Notes: generated from the letters alone by a model not told the origin. A stretch of 64,000 nucleotides of DNA from Thermoplasmata archaeon (GCA_021792255.1 JAJYUZ010000004.1:99468-163467); one strand, 5' to 3'; shown: positions 1 through 9,694, counted from the stretch's first letter. Made by a program: numbers and translations.

Positions 1-59
1 GTTATGGCTGTCTCTGCACAAGAGAGAGCACTAGGGAGGTTCAGCCGATAGGTGAAACC

Positions 60-1736
60 ATGCTCACTCTGGAAGACCTGTTCGTAGTCGTACTTGTATG
101 GGGAATAGTCATAATCTGTGCATGGTTCCTATCAAAGTACCTGTTCTTCGTGTTTATGGGTGCTAGGAATAGGCTAGACCGGCTCTTTCTTCCCATCGAG
201 AATCTTATTTACTGGCTTGGCGGAGTGGATAGTTCCAGGAAGATGGGCTGGAAGGAGTACTTTAAGGCTTTGTTCTATCTGAACGCGGCACAAGCAATCA
301 TTGCATTCTTCATACTGATGTTTCAGCAAAGTCTACCTCTGAATCCGATGCACTATCCTGGCATGTCGTGGTCCCTGGCCCTGAACACTGTTCTTTCATT
401 TTCTTCCAACACAAATCTGCAGCACTACAATGGCGAGACGACTCTTTCTTACCTTAGCCAGATGTCCGCCATCCAGTTCCTTCAATTCACATCGGCTGCG
501 ACGGGACTTGCAGCGGGGGTCGCGGTAATAAGAGGTTTCGCAGGTAAGGCTAAGACCATCGGCAATTTCTATTACGATTACGTCAGATCGCTGACCAGAG
601 TTTTGCTGCCTCTAGCCTTCATTGCAGCGATCGTCCTCATCGCACTGGGAGTTCCACAGTCGATCGGTGGTTATTCTTCCGTTCCAACTCTACAAAGGGG
701 TGCCTACGAAATTCTCTACAATGGACCAATAGCATCCTTGGTTTCAATAATGCAACTTGGAACGAACGGTGGAGGTTACTTTGGAGCCAACTCTGCCTAT
801 CCTCTACAGAATCCCACTCAGCTAAGCAACCTGTTTGAGATTGGTCTGATGATGTTCATTCCCACCGCTATTCTGTTCTTGTTCGGACGGACGGTCGGGG
901 ACAATCGGGAGGGAAGAACTCTCTTTCTTTCTGCCTATGCAATCTATGGCATAGATCTCGTCATCGCGTTCCTATCTACGACAAACATCGCACAGGGAAT
1001 AGAAGTGAGATTCGGAGGAGTGACTTCTGCTTTCTGGACCGTTACCACGACCGCTTTCACTACTGGTTCACTAAATGCATCGCTTGGCGCATTCAACCCG
1101 ATCGTGATTCTTACTGCATTTTTTGGCATGCTGATACAGGGTGCTCCCGGAGGAATTGGAATAGGGGCGATGTACCTCATCATGTACGTGATAGTCACGA
1201 TCTTCCTGGTTGGACTTATGGCGGGAAGGACGCCAGAATATCTAGGCATCAAGATCGAAGGAAGAGACGTAAAACTAGCAATAGCCGCGTTCCTCACTCA
1301 CCCAATAATCATATTGATACCAACCGTGTTGGCATTTGCGATTGGTGCTGAAAAAGCGGTGGGGGTCACTTCAAATTCAACCGGATTTACCACCATATTT
1401 TATGAATTCACTTCTGCGGCAGCGAACAACGGGTCAGATTTCTTGGGCGCTGCAGGGAACACGGTTTTTTTCAATGTAGCGACTGGGATAGTCATGTGGT
1501 TGGGGAGATATTTACCGATTCTCTTCTTGTTGGCAATAGCTGACAGCGTGGCGGTCAGGAAGAGAAGTCCTAGTCAGGGACTCAAGACGGGGAATATTAG
1601 CTTCGTTGTGATATTAGTAGTCAGTATTTTCATCCTGACGGTCCTGACTTTCTTTCCATTCTTGGTCCTAGGTCCCGTTCTGCAGTTCCTTCAGGGATTC
1701 AACACGAGCGTGGGGGGTGTGATCTTTGGGTTCTAA
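60..1736 (+). CDS. kdpA: K+-transporting ATPase subunit A
   Basis: 558 aa polytopic membrane protein with KdpA signatures NTNLQHY, QLGTNGGG, GLMAGRTPEYLG, SAAANNGS. Confidence 0.96.
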   Translation: MLTLEDLFVVVLVWGIVIICAWFLSKYLFFVFMGARNRLDRLFLPIENLIYWLGGVDSSRKMGWKEYFKALFYLNAAQAIIAFFILMFQQSLPLNPMHYPGMSWSLALNTVLSFSSNTNLQHYNGETTLSYLSQMSAIQFLQFTSAATGLAAGVAVIRGFAGKAKTIGNFYYDYVRSLTRVLLPLAFIAAIVLIALGVPQSIGGYSSVPTLQRGAYEILYNGPIASLVSIMQLGTNGGGYFGANSAYPLQNPTQLSNLFEIGLMMFIPTAILFLFGRTVGDNREGRTLFLSAYAIYGIDLVIAFLSTTNIAQGIEVRFGGVTSAFWTVTTTAFTTGSLNASLGAFNPIVILTAFFGMLIQGAPGGIGIGAMYLIMYVIVTIFLVGLMAGRTPEYLGIKIEGRDVKLAIAAFLTHPIIILIPTVLAFAIGAEKAVGVTSNSTGFTTIFYEFTSAAANNGSDFLGAAGNTVFFNVATGIVMWLGRYLPILFLLAIADSVAVRKRSPSQGLKTGNISFVVILVVSIFILTVLTFFPFLVLGPVLQFLQGFNTSVGGVIFGF

Positions 1737-3852
1737 TACTTCGGATACTGAAGAGAACAGACTAAACTGGCCGTCAATTATCTTGGACTCAATAAAGAGG
1801 CTCAATCCATGGCTCCTCAAGGACAACCTCGTGATGTTCGTCACCGAGCTTACCTTCTTCATAGTCTTTATCATGGCCGTTGATCCCACCCTAATCCCTA
1901 AGGTCTCTTCGGCATCAGAAAATGGATTCTACGCTATTGTTGCACTGATACTCATAATAACCGTTTGGTTCAGCACCCTTTCAGATTCGATCGCTGAAGC
2001 GCAGATACGCAATACTGCATCAAGTCTAAGGAAAATGAAGGAGCAAATGACCGCAAAACGATTGAAATCCTCGAACAGGAATAATTTTGAAGTGGTGCCT
2101 TCGGACCAGCTCCGGAGGGGAGACTTGGTTCTAATTGACCACGGAGAAAAGGTCCCGATAGACTCCGAGGTCATCGAGGGAATAGCAATGGTGGACGAGT
2201 CCCTGCTGACTGGTGAGTCTGCTAACGTAAGAAAATCGGTTGGTACAACTCTCCTTGGTGGCTCTGTCGTCACGACGGACTCACTGGTGGCAAGGGTTTC
2301 TTCAAATCCCGATGAGACGTACGTGAGCAAACTTATAAATCTAGTGGAGTCGTCTTCAAGACCAAAGACGCCCAATGAAATTGCGTTATCCGTCCTTATA
2401 GCCGGATTTACAGCTATCTTTTCGATCATAATAATTGCCCTGCTCTTCCTCGGCATTACTCTTGATCTCGGGATAGATCTTGCTGTCCTCATTGCGTTGT
2501 ACGTGTGTCTACTTCCGACCACGATAGGTGCACTTCTCCCTGCAATTGGTATTTCTGGAATAAACAGAATGTCCGTCAAGAGGATAATCGCAAAATCCGG
2601 AAAAGCCATAGAAGCTTCCGGTGACACCGATGCTCTTCTTTTGGACAAGACGGGAACGATCACAAAGGGAATGAGGAAAGCGGTTCGATTTATTCCTTCT
2701 GGCAAGCACACCGAGAGGGAGGTCGGCGAAGCCGCCCTTCTTTCGTCGTGGGATGATGATACTCCAGAGGGAAAGAGCATAGTGGAACTCTCGTACAACC
2801 TTGGATTCATTCCTCATTCGTTCAGCACTCTCGATAGGTCAGAGTTTGAAGAATTCAGTGCTGCTACCAGGAGGAGCAGCATAAAGATGAGTGACACACG
2901 CGAGTTCTTGCTGCCAAAGGGAGGAAGGGGAATTCTCCAGAGAAAGAGACTTCGGAGAAAATTTGAACCGGGACTTCAACAGCCGGATCTTGAAATAGTC
3001 AAGGGCGCCCCCGACGCAATCATCGAATACGTCAAGAATAAACCACCCGACTTTGATTCAATCTTGACAAAAATCTCTGAGGATGGAGCAACCATAATGG
3101 GGGTTGCTGAAGCGGGGGATGTCCTGGGTTTCATAAAACTGAAGGATGAAGTCAAGCCGGGTGTGAAAGAGAAGATCAGAGCACTAAGGGATATGGATAT
3201 TGAAGTCGTCATGGTGACAGGAGATCAGCCTCAGACAGCTGGTATTATTTCAAAAGACGTGGGGATAGACGACTTTATCGCTAAAGCGAGGCCAGAGACA
3301 AAGTATGAACTCGTCAAGGAAGAGCAAAAAGCAGGCAAGATCGTATCGATGATTGGCGATGGCACAAACGATGCCCCAGCACTCTCGGTTGCAGACGTAG
3401 GGCTGGCAATGGCATCCGGTACGGAACCCGCTAAAGAAGCTGCAAACATGGTAGACCTGGAATCAAATCCATCCAAGATCATAGACGTCGTCATGTTGGG
3501 TAAGCAAATCCTGATGACTAGGGGAACCGTCACGACGTTCAGCATTGCAAACGATATCGCGAAATATTTTGTGATCGTACCGATCATGTTTGGTGCGCTC
3601 CCGGAACTTGGTGCGCTTAATCTGATGCATCTCTCTCCTCACGTTGCTGTGCTTTCAGCGCTCGTGTACAACGCAATAATAATTCCGGCCCTGATCCCGC
3701 TCGCCCTAAGGGGAACCGTATTTAAGCCATCCAGTACGATGAAGATATTCCTAAAGAACGTAATGATATATGGCCTTGGAGGCATCATTCTTCCATTCAT
3801 AGCTATCAAGTTCTTTGCAATCCTAATCACGGTTCTTGGGGGGGTAGCATGA
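1726..3852 (+). CDS. kdpB: K+-transporting ATPase subunit B (P-type ATPase)
   Basis: TGES, DKTGTIT, GDGTNDAPAL, TTFSIANDIAKYF; TTG start overlapping kdpA. Confidence 0.96.
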   Translation: MGSNTSDTEENRLNWPSIILDSIKRLNPWLLKDNLVMFVTELTFFIVFIMAVDPTLIPKVSSASENGFYAIVALILIITVWFSTLSDSIAEAQIRNTASSLRKMKEQMTAKRLKSSNRNNFEVVPSDQLRRGDLVLIDHGEKVPIDSEVIEGIAMVDESLLTGESANVRKSVGTTLLGGSVVTTDSLVARVSSNPDETYVSKLINLVESSSRPKTPNEIALSVLIAGFTAIFSIIIIALLFLGITLDLGIDLAVLIALYVCLLPTTIGALLPAIGISGINRMSVKRIIAKSGKAIEASGDTDALLLDKTGTITKGMRKAVRFIPSGKHTEREVGEAALLSSWDDDTPEGKSIVELSYNLGFIPHSFSTLDRSEFEEFSAATRRSSIKMSDTREFLLPKGGRGILQRKRLRRKFEPGLQQPDLEIVKGAPDAIIEYVKNKPPDFDSILTKISEDGATIMGVAEAGDVLGFIKLKDEVKPGVKEKIRALRDMDIEVVMVTGDQPQTAGIISKDVGIDDFIAKARPETKYELVKEEQKAGKIVSMIGDGTNDAPALSVADVGLAMASGTEPAKEAANMVDLESNPSKIIDVVMLGKQILMTRGTVTTFSIANDIAKYFVIVPIMFGALPELGALNLMHLSPHVAVLSALVYNAIIIPALIPLALRGTVFKPSSTMKIFLKNVMIYGLGGIILPFIAIKFFAILITVLGGVA

Positions 3853-4292
3853 CGAGACTGAAGAGCGTTTCAGGAGCGGTCAGAATGACTGTCATTTCGC
3901 TCATTATCTGCGGAATGATATTTCCGCTGGTCATGACAGGAATAGGACAGGTGGCTATGCCCTGGCAATCTAATGGTTCTCAAGTCTATTTTGATGGAAA
4001 GTCAATCGGTTCGGAACTGATCTCGCAGAATTTCAGCGAACCGGTATTTTTCCACCCACGGAACGACTCGGCTTCCGGAGTGGATCCAGACATAACTATG
4101 GCAGATGCTATGAGTCAGGTGCCGAGAATCCACAACGCTACTGGCATACCCGAAGCCTTCTTGAACGCCACCCTAATAAAGTACACGCAACGCACACTAT
4201 TCTTCTTCGGTACTCCTTACATCAACGTGCTGGATGTCAATCTGTACCTGGTAGAAGAGTTTCCTGCAGTCTACAGCCAATATATCCAGTGA
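3849..4292 (+). CDS. kdpC: K+-transporting ATPase subunit C
   Basis: N-terminal TM helix, GSELISQNF, FHPR, SASGVDPDIT; ATGA overlap with kdpB. Confidence 0.93.
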   Translation: MTRLKSVSGAVRMTVISLIICGMIFPLVMTGIGQVAMPWQSNGSQVYFDGKSIGSELISQNFSEPVFFHPRNDSASGVDPDITMADAMSQVPRIHNATGIPEAFLNATLIKYTQRTLFFFGTPYINVLDVNLYLVEEFPAVYSQYIQ

Positions 4293-4338
4293 TGCTTTCA
4301 GTCGAATGCTCTTCTTGAAATGTGTACTGAAAAGGAAT

Positions 4339-4349
4339 CTTTTTTTTTT
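4339..4349 (+). terminator. oligo-T tract, probable archaeal intrinsic terminator of the kdp operon
   Basis: run of ~10 T about 45 nt after the kdpC stop. Confidence 0.45.
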
Positions 4350-4395
4350 AAAGCACGAAGAGATATTTTCACGTTAGAATTTTCACAAATTAGAA

Positions 4396-4818
4396 ATGAT
4401 GTTATACCGGTTCCTAATGGTAGCGAGAAGAATGGATTTTAAAGTTGGGCAGAAATCTACCTACAGCAGGACATTTACCGAAGAGGATGTGAAACTATTC
4501 GGAGAGCTTTCCGGAGACAAGGGGATACACCACATGAAACCGGATAGATTGGGAAGAATAATGGTACAGGGTCTCTTGACGGCCACAATCCCCACGAAAA
4601 TGGGCGGTGACATGAACTACATCGCAAGGGATATGTTGGTGCATTTCGTCAAACCCGTGTATGTGGGCGATAAGGTGAAATGCGATGCGGAGCTCGTGAA
4701 GGTCGAAGAAGATACCGGATTCTTGAGATTGAAGATCACGATGAATTGCTTCAATGATACGGGTGTTGAAGTTCTGACAGGAGAGACCAACGGCGTAATA
4801 AAGAAGGCAATGATTTAA
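4396..4818 (+). CDS. MaoC-like hot-dog fold dehydratase (true start possibly 4417 or 4432)
   Basis: FKVGQK..SRTFTEEDVKLFGELSGD..IH and FVKPVYVGD motifs. Confidence 0.85.
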   Translation: MMLYRFLMVARRMDFKVGQKSTYSRTFTEEDVKLFGELSGDKGIHHMKPDRLGRIMVQGLLTATIPTKMGGDMNYIARDMLVHFVKPVYVGDKVKCDAELVKVEEDTGFLRLKITMNCFNDTGVEVLTGETNGVIKKAMI

Positions 4819-4840
4819 TCCAGTCATAGCTTCAGATACC

Positions 4841-6847
4841 ATGGACACTGAGGAGATCAGGAAGAGAATCGACAGAATTGGTGAAGACGAGAAACCCGAG
4901 AGCCTGAAATTCTCCGTCAAGTATATGGACTCATCCGTTGATCCCAACTCTAATTTTTACAAGTTCTGCAATGGAAAGTGGATCGATACGCATCCCATAC
5001 CTGACGACAAGATTCAGTGGAGTGCTTTTATGGAACTCTCTGAAAGAAATAGATATGTACTGGGAAAGATCGTTGAAGATTGCGCATTCTACGATAATCC
5101 AGATGATCCAATTAAGGCTCAGGTTGGAGCATTTTATCTCTCTGCCATGGACACGCTGACAATCGAACGACTGAAGTTTGAACCAATCAGAGAATTCGTC
5201 GAGCTCATTGAAAAGATAAAGGATAGTGGAGAGATAATTCTAACGATATCCAAACTACATGGAAAGGGAATTTCCGCAATGTTCTCCTATTCCTCAGATT
5301 CTGACGAAAAGGACAGCTCCACATATGCCTACTACCTGAAACAGGGTGGTCTGTCTTTGCCCAACAGGGATTACTATTTTCTCGAACCGTTCGAAGATAT
5401 CAGGAAAGATTTCAAAAGGCACGTAGCTAACATCTTCGTCCTTTATGGCTATTCGGAGGAAGATGCGAAAAAGTCCTCAGACATTGTCTTTGACACTGAA
5501 GTGGCACTGGCGAAAGCTAGCAGGACTCCTGTAGAACTCAGGGATCCGGAGAAGAACTATAATAGATTTGAGTTACGTGAACTGGAGCAAAGTTTTCCAA
5601 ACGTTAATATCAAGAGATACCTATCAGAGGTACAACTGCCGCCAGTGAAGCATGTGGTGGTAAGACAACCTGAGTTTTTCGAAAACCTTGAGAAAATGCT
5701 TGACCAAATACCGCTTTCATCGTGGAAGGTGTATCTCATCTGGAAGATTCTGAATTTCGCATCGCCCTATCTTCACGAGGAAGTGGCAAACGAGCACTTT
5801 TACTTCTTTGAAAGAAAACTCTTCGGTCGCAAGAAGCAAGAAAAAAGATGGAAACGAGTTGTGAATTTGATCGATGGTGAAATCGGTGAGGCACTCGGGA
5901 AGTTGTACGTCGATCAGGAGTTCGGAGAGGAATCCAAGAGAAGGATGGAAGTGTTAATCAACGACCTCAAGAACGTTTTTGCAGATAAGCTGGACAAGTC
6001 GGATTGGATGTCAGATAAAACCAAAAAAATGGCACTGGAGAAGTTTAGCAAGTTCCGTTCAAAGATCGGATACCCTACCAAGTTCATAGACTACTCTTCA
6101 ATCAGGATTTCGCCAGACGATCTCTTTGGAAACATTTTGAGATCGGAAGAATTTGAGTTTGAAAGGGAAATAAGGCGGATCAATTCACCGGTAGACAAGG
6201 AACTATGGCAGATGACGCCTCCAACAGTCAACGCATATTTTTCACCGACAGAGAACGAGATCGTGTTCCCGGCCGGGATACTCCAGCCACCATTCTTTGA
6301 CCCGAACATGGATGACGCAGTAAACTATGGTGCCACCGGAGGGGTAATAGCACACGAGATCACTCACGGATTCGACGACGAGGGAAGAAAATACGATCTC
6401 AACGGAAACCTAAATGACTGGTGGTCACCTGAAGACATCAAAGAATTCAGTGAGAGGGCAAAATCAGTAGCGAACCTCTACGGATCGCTTGAGGCACTCC
6501 CAGGGTTGCACGTCAACGGCGAGTTGACGCTCGGAGAAAACATCGCGGATCTCGGTGGAGTCAGCATAGCATTCGAAGCGCTGGAAAAAAGGCTCAATAG
6601 AGACCCGTCTCTCAGAAAAAACATAGATGGCTTAACTCCAGAGCAAAGATTTTACATCGCGTGGTCACAGAGCTGGAGGGCTAACGTGAGAGAAGAAGCA
6701 ATAAAGTGGCAGGTATCTAACGATCCGCATTCTCCTGATAATCTCAGAGGAGAGGTACCGGCAAGAGTTCACTACGCTTTTGCCAGTCATTTCAAAGGTC
6801 CAGATGGAACCAAGAAGAAACAGGACACCATAATTTCAATCTGGTGA
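4841..6847 (+). CDS. M13 family zinc metallopeptidase (PepO/neprilysin-like)
   Basis: VNAYF, HEITHGFDD, GENIADLGG, DPHSP motifs. Confidence 0.95.
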   Translation: MDTEEIRKRIDRIGEDEKPESLKFSVKYMDSSVDPNSNFYKFCNGKWIDTHPIPDDKIQWSAFMELSERNRYVLGKIVEDCAFYDNPDDPIKAQVGAFYLSAMDTLTIERLKFEPIREFVELIEKIKDSGEIILTISKLHGKGISAMFSYSSDSDEKDSSTYAYYLKQGGLSLPNRDYYFLEPFEDIRKDFKRHVANIFVLYGYSEEDAKKSSDIVFDTEVALAKASRTPVELRDPEKNYNRFELRELEQSFPNVNIKRYLSEVQLPPVKHVVVRQPEFFENLEKMLDQIPLSSWKVYLIWKILNFASPYLHEEVANEHFYFFERKLFGRKKQEKRWKRVVNLIDGEIGEALGKLYVDQEFGEESKRRMEVLINDLKNVFADKLDKSDWMSDKTKKMALEKFSKFRSKIGYPTKFIDYSSIRISPDDLFGNILRSEEFEFEREIRRINSPVDKELWQMTPPTVNAYFSPTENEIVFPAGILQPPFFDPNMDDAVNYGATGGVIAHEITHGFDDEGRKYDLNGNLNDWWSPEDIKEFSERAKSVANLYGSLEALPGLHVNGELTLGENIADLGGVSIAFEALEKRLNRDPSLRKNIDGLTPEQRFYIAWSQSWRANVREEAIKWQVSNDPHSPDNLRGEVPARVHYAFASHFKGPDGTKKKQDTIISIW

Positions 6848-7382
6848 TCCGAATATGAGAGGAAATTCTTGAGTGCTTGGGAATGCGAGCGGAGAGTTTG
6901 TGAAGGAAGCAACCAGGAAACTTCTGGACTCTGTCTGTTGATTCTGATTTAGGATATGAGGCAAGGGCATTCCTTATTTGGATATAGGACAAGAAGTAAA
7001 TTCTATCCGTTATTACATCGGAATCAACTCTGCTGGTAAAGCTTGTCTCTCACTGCAGCAATTGTATCTGGTATCACCTTGTTGAAATAGATGTCGTATT
7101 CATACGCCATGATTATTGGGCCAACAAGCCACTTCAGACTGTGATGTCTTTCTTTTGAAGTAAGATCATCAGGTCTCATCTCACATAATGATTCGGAGTT
7201 CTAGTGAGGAAACAGAACTTCTCTCGTTTGTCCTGTCTTTCTTTAACAATACTTTGAATGTTTTACGGCCATGAATCGTGGAAAATCTACTTATAAAGAT
7301 TGTATATATTTATCAGTAGGCTTTTGTGCTTGGAAATCAGGTGCCGAATTGAGCCCAGGATCTGAGACGGGCTTACGTCGTA

Positions 7383-7434
7383 CCCGCCCGATGAGGTGTG
7401 CTGGTTACATTCCGAAATCCCTAGGGATAGCGGG
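7383..7434 (+). ncRNA. candidate type I hammerhead ribozyme (U4C core variant)
   Basis: Stem I CCCGC/GCGGG, core CCGATGA, stem II GGTGTG..CATTCC, GAAA, stem III ATCCCTAGGGAT, cleavage triplet AUA ending at 7429. Confidence 0.68.
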
Positions 7435-7442
7435 AAACCGCA

Positions 7443-8477
7443 GTGAATGCTATGGGAATGATGAATACCAGCAAAGTCATGATGATTGCAGTCGTGCTTG
7501 TCACCACCTCTTTTGTAATATTATCCGTGCCGGTCTATGCGCAGGGGGGCACGAATGGGGGGAACTCAGATGCATATGTATGCGCCCATTATTTTTCCCC
7601 AGCTCAGGTGTACGACCTGAGCACGTCTACCTGCACAATTTCTGGTCCAGTAGTGCTTTCTATCGATTCGCCAAGGACCGTTAATTTTCACACAAACATT
7701 GTTGTGACCAACGGGGGATCTCTTACAATTCCACAAGGTGACTCCTTTTCAATATTAGGGAGCTTCACGATCGGCGGCAATGGACAGCTTCTCTCTGGGG
7801 GCAAGTTCGATAACATTGGCTCCACTACAGTGCAATCAAGCGTGCAGGAAAGCACTGGATATGCTGTTAATTCCATTTTGAACGGAGATGGAGGAGTATT
7901 CATTAATCACGGTACTTTGTCTTTAAGTAATTCACACGACACTTTCGGTTTTGAGAATTACGGCAGATTTGTAAATCACGGTACAGTTACTATCGACAAC
8001 ACAGACACCCTTGCCTCCACCTATGGTCTAAGTTTTGGTTTCGTCAATTATGCTGGAACCTTCACGAACTACGGAACGATAACAATCTCAAACACAGGGT
8101 TTACCGTTGGCCTGGTGAACGGGCACAAAGCTCTCCTTAATAACTACGGCACAATCGATATAAGCTCTGGTCTTAATAGCCATGCTGGTCTCTGGAACCA
8201 AAACGTCTTCAACAATTATGGGACTGTAACTATTACAGGCTGCGGAGGCTATGAGATCTATGAGAATGGGCCTGCTGGTGTAACCATAAACAACTACGGC
8301 ACAATCATAATAAGCAATAAGGCGAGTTCATCGCAGATTGACACCGGCATCTATATCCATGCGGGAGATTTCTATAACTACGGATCAATCTACATCTGGG
8401 ATGCTACCGCTGAAGCTTACGCAGGAACCATTACAGAAGTAAACGGAGGCAGTATATCCTATTCTTCTCCACCATAA
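7443..8477 (+). CDS. secreted Gly/Asn/Thr-rich repeat protein, probable parallel beta-helix surface protein
   Basis: signal-peptide-like N-terminus (VYA|Q); about seven N(Y/H)G(T/S)(I/V)xI repeats; start could be a downstream ATG. Confidence 0.75.
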   Translation: MNAMGMMNTSKVMMIAVVLVTTSFVILSVPVYAQGGTNGGNSDAYVCAHYFSPAQVYDLSTSTCTISGPVVLSIDSPRTVNFHTNIVVTNGGSLTIPQGDSFSILGSFTIGGNGQLLSGGKFDNIGSTTVQSSVQESTGYAVNSILNGDGGVFINHGTLSLSNSHDTFGFENYGRFVNHGTVTIDNTDTLASTYGLSFGFVNYAGTFTNYGTITISNTGFTVGLVNGHKALLNNYGTIDISSGLNSHAGLWNQNVFNNYGTVTITGCGGYEIYENGPAGVTINNYGTIIISNKASSSQIDTGIYIHAGDFYNYGSIYIWDATAEAYAGTITEVNGGSISYSSPP

Positions 8478-8508
8478 GTGGAAAAGAAACGCTGTTACCT
8501 AATTTGCG

Positions 8509-8524
8509 ATGCGAGCGCCGGGAT
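8509..8524. repeat. att site (duplicated tRNA-Gly 3' end)
   Basis: identical to 10671-10686. Confidence 0.85.
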
Positions 8525-8560
8525 ATACGCCTTTTTGTGTAAATCCCAGGAGGCTCTTGC

Positions 8561-8707
8561 ATGAAGGAAAAATTGCCCTATGCAAGGGTCGCAAGGGAAT
8601 TAGGGATATCCAAGGATGCAGCTAAGAGACTTTACCAGGCTAACAAAGGGGAGTTCCCGTTCGACGAACCCCTAAATTCCGTTGAACTTTTGGGGGTGTG
8701 TGAGTGA
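8561..8707 (+). CDS. 48-aa helix-turn-helix protein (possible excisionase/regulator), below the ORF-track cutoff
   Basis: MKEKLPYARVARELGISKDAAKRLYQANKGEF...; GGAGG upstream; ARELGIS is HTH-like. Confidence 0.7.
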   Translation: MKEKLPYARVARELGISKDAAKRLYQANKGEFPFDEPLNSVELLGVCE

Positions 8708-8756
8708 TGGGCGGATTCAATGAAGAAATTAATACCTGTATCGAAATCTCATCAAT

Positions 8757-8993
8757 GTGGACCAACAGACTAAGAGCAAACCCTCGAGATGGAACTTCCT
8801 TACAGTAATCATTTTCGAGCTTGTGTCAGTGGACCTCACTATTTATGAAATTTTCGAGAACTTGAAGATATACCCTTCAAATGAGTTCAACGCAACAATT
8901 GTAATGATTCTCTCAGTGGTCGTCTTCTTCTTTCTCTGGTTGATAGGCAGGGAGGCGTTCGAGGTGTTGCTCAAGTTGAGAGAGCAAACGTAG
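8757..8993 (+). CDS. small two-TM membrane protein
   Basis: 78 aa, two hydrophobic segments, GTG start. Confidence 0.5.
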   Translation: MDQQTKSKPSRWNFLTVIIFELVSVDLTIYEIFENLKIYPSNEFNATIVMILSVVVFFFLWLIGREAFEVLLKLREQT

Positions 8994-9331
8994 TTCATCG
9001 AGCTAATTTCGTTTCCATCCCAAGAATCTCTTCTGAAGATATCTCAACAATCAGAAAAATTGTGACTAAATTTAGGACTTGGTTCTGAAGTTAGAAAAAT
9101 TCAGGCTTTTCGATATTTCGTATGATCTCTTCTGTAAGGCCCTCGATCGAGAGATCTCCTGCAGCTGCCCAAAATATCGAGAAAATAGGGCAAAAGAGGT
9201 CATTCTGGGGACACTATGACAGGAATATTGGTCTCTCAGCTCTTCCATCAACTAGTATTCCGAAAACTGATACGTTATTCGGAATCCTCTAGAGAATTTT
9301 GAGAGAAATATGTTCAGTTCATTTTTGTATT

Positions 9332-9694
9332 CTATTTCATGACGCCTTTGAGTCTTACTGAGTAGATTATCGCAACAATTGCAGATGCTGCTATCAGCGT
9401 TATCCAAAGAGCAAGAAGGAAATGTTCCGCACCGGTGAACCAGTTAGACCAGAATGGCGGGTCGCTTACCACACCGTTCTTGAATTGATTGTAGATAATC
9501 CACCAATAGCTGTAGAAGAATCTTTTTACCACAAGACTTATCCCTGGTGAATATTCGAACACAGTTATTGGGGAAAAGAATCTGAAGAAATATACTCCGA
9601 AGGACAAACCAGAAATGTAGAAAATGATAACCGCTTCAAGTACTACGAAGATCGAGGTCATCTTCACTATTTTACTCTTTCTTTTGTCCATCAT
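9332..9694 (-). CDS. hypothetical membrane protein
   Basis: 120 aa, N- and C-terminal TM segments, TATA-like sequence upstream. Confidence 0.6.
   Translation of the reverse strand: MMDKRKSKIVKMTSIFVVLEAVIIFYISGLSFGVYFFRFFSPITVFEYSPGISLVVKRFFYSYWWIIYNQFKNGVVSDPPFWSNWFTGAEHFLLALWITLIAASAIVAIIYSVRLKGVMK

Noticed and set aside
1-51. Short open frame ending just before kdpA as a possible kdpF
   Set aside because: Truncated by the window edge and not hydrophobic like KdpF; cannot be assigned
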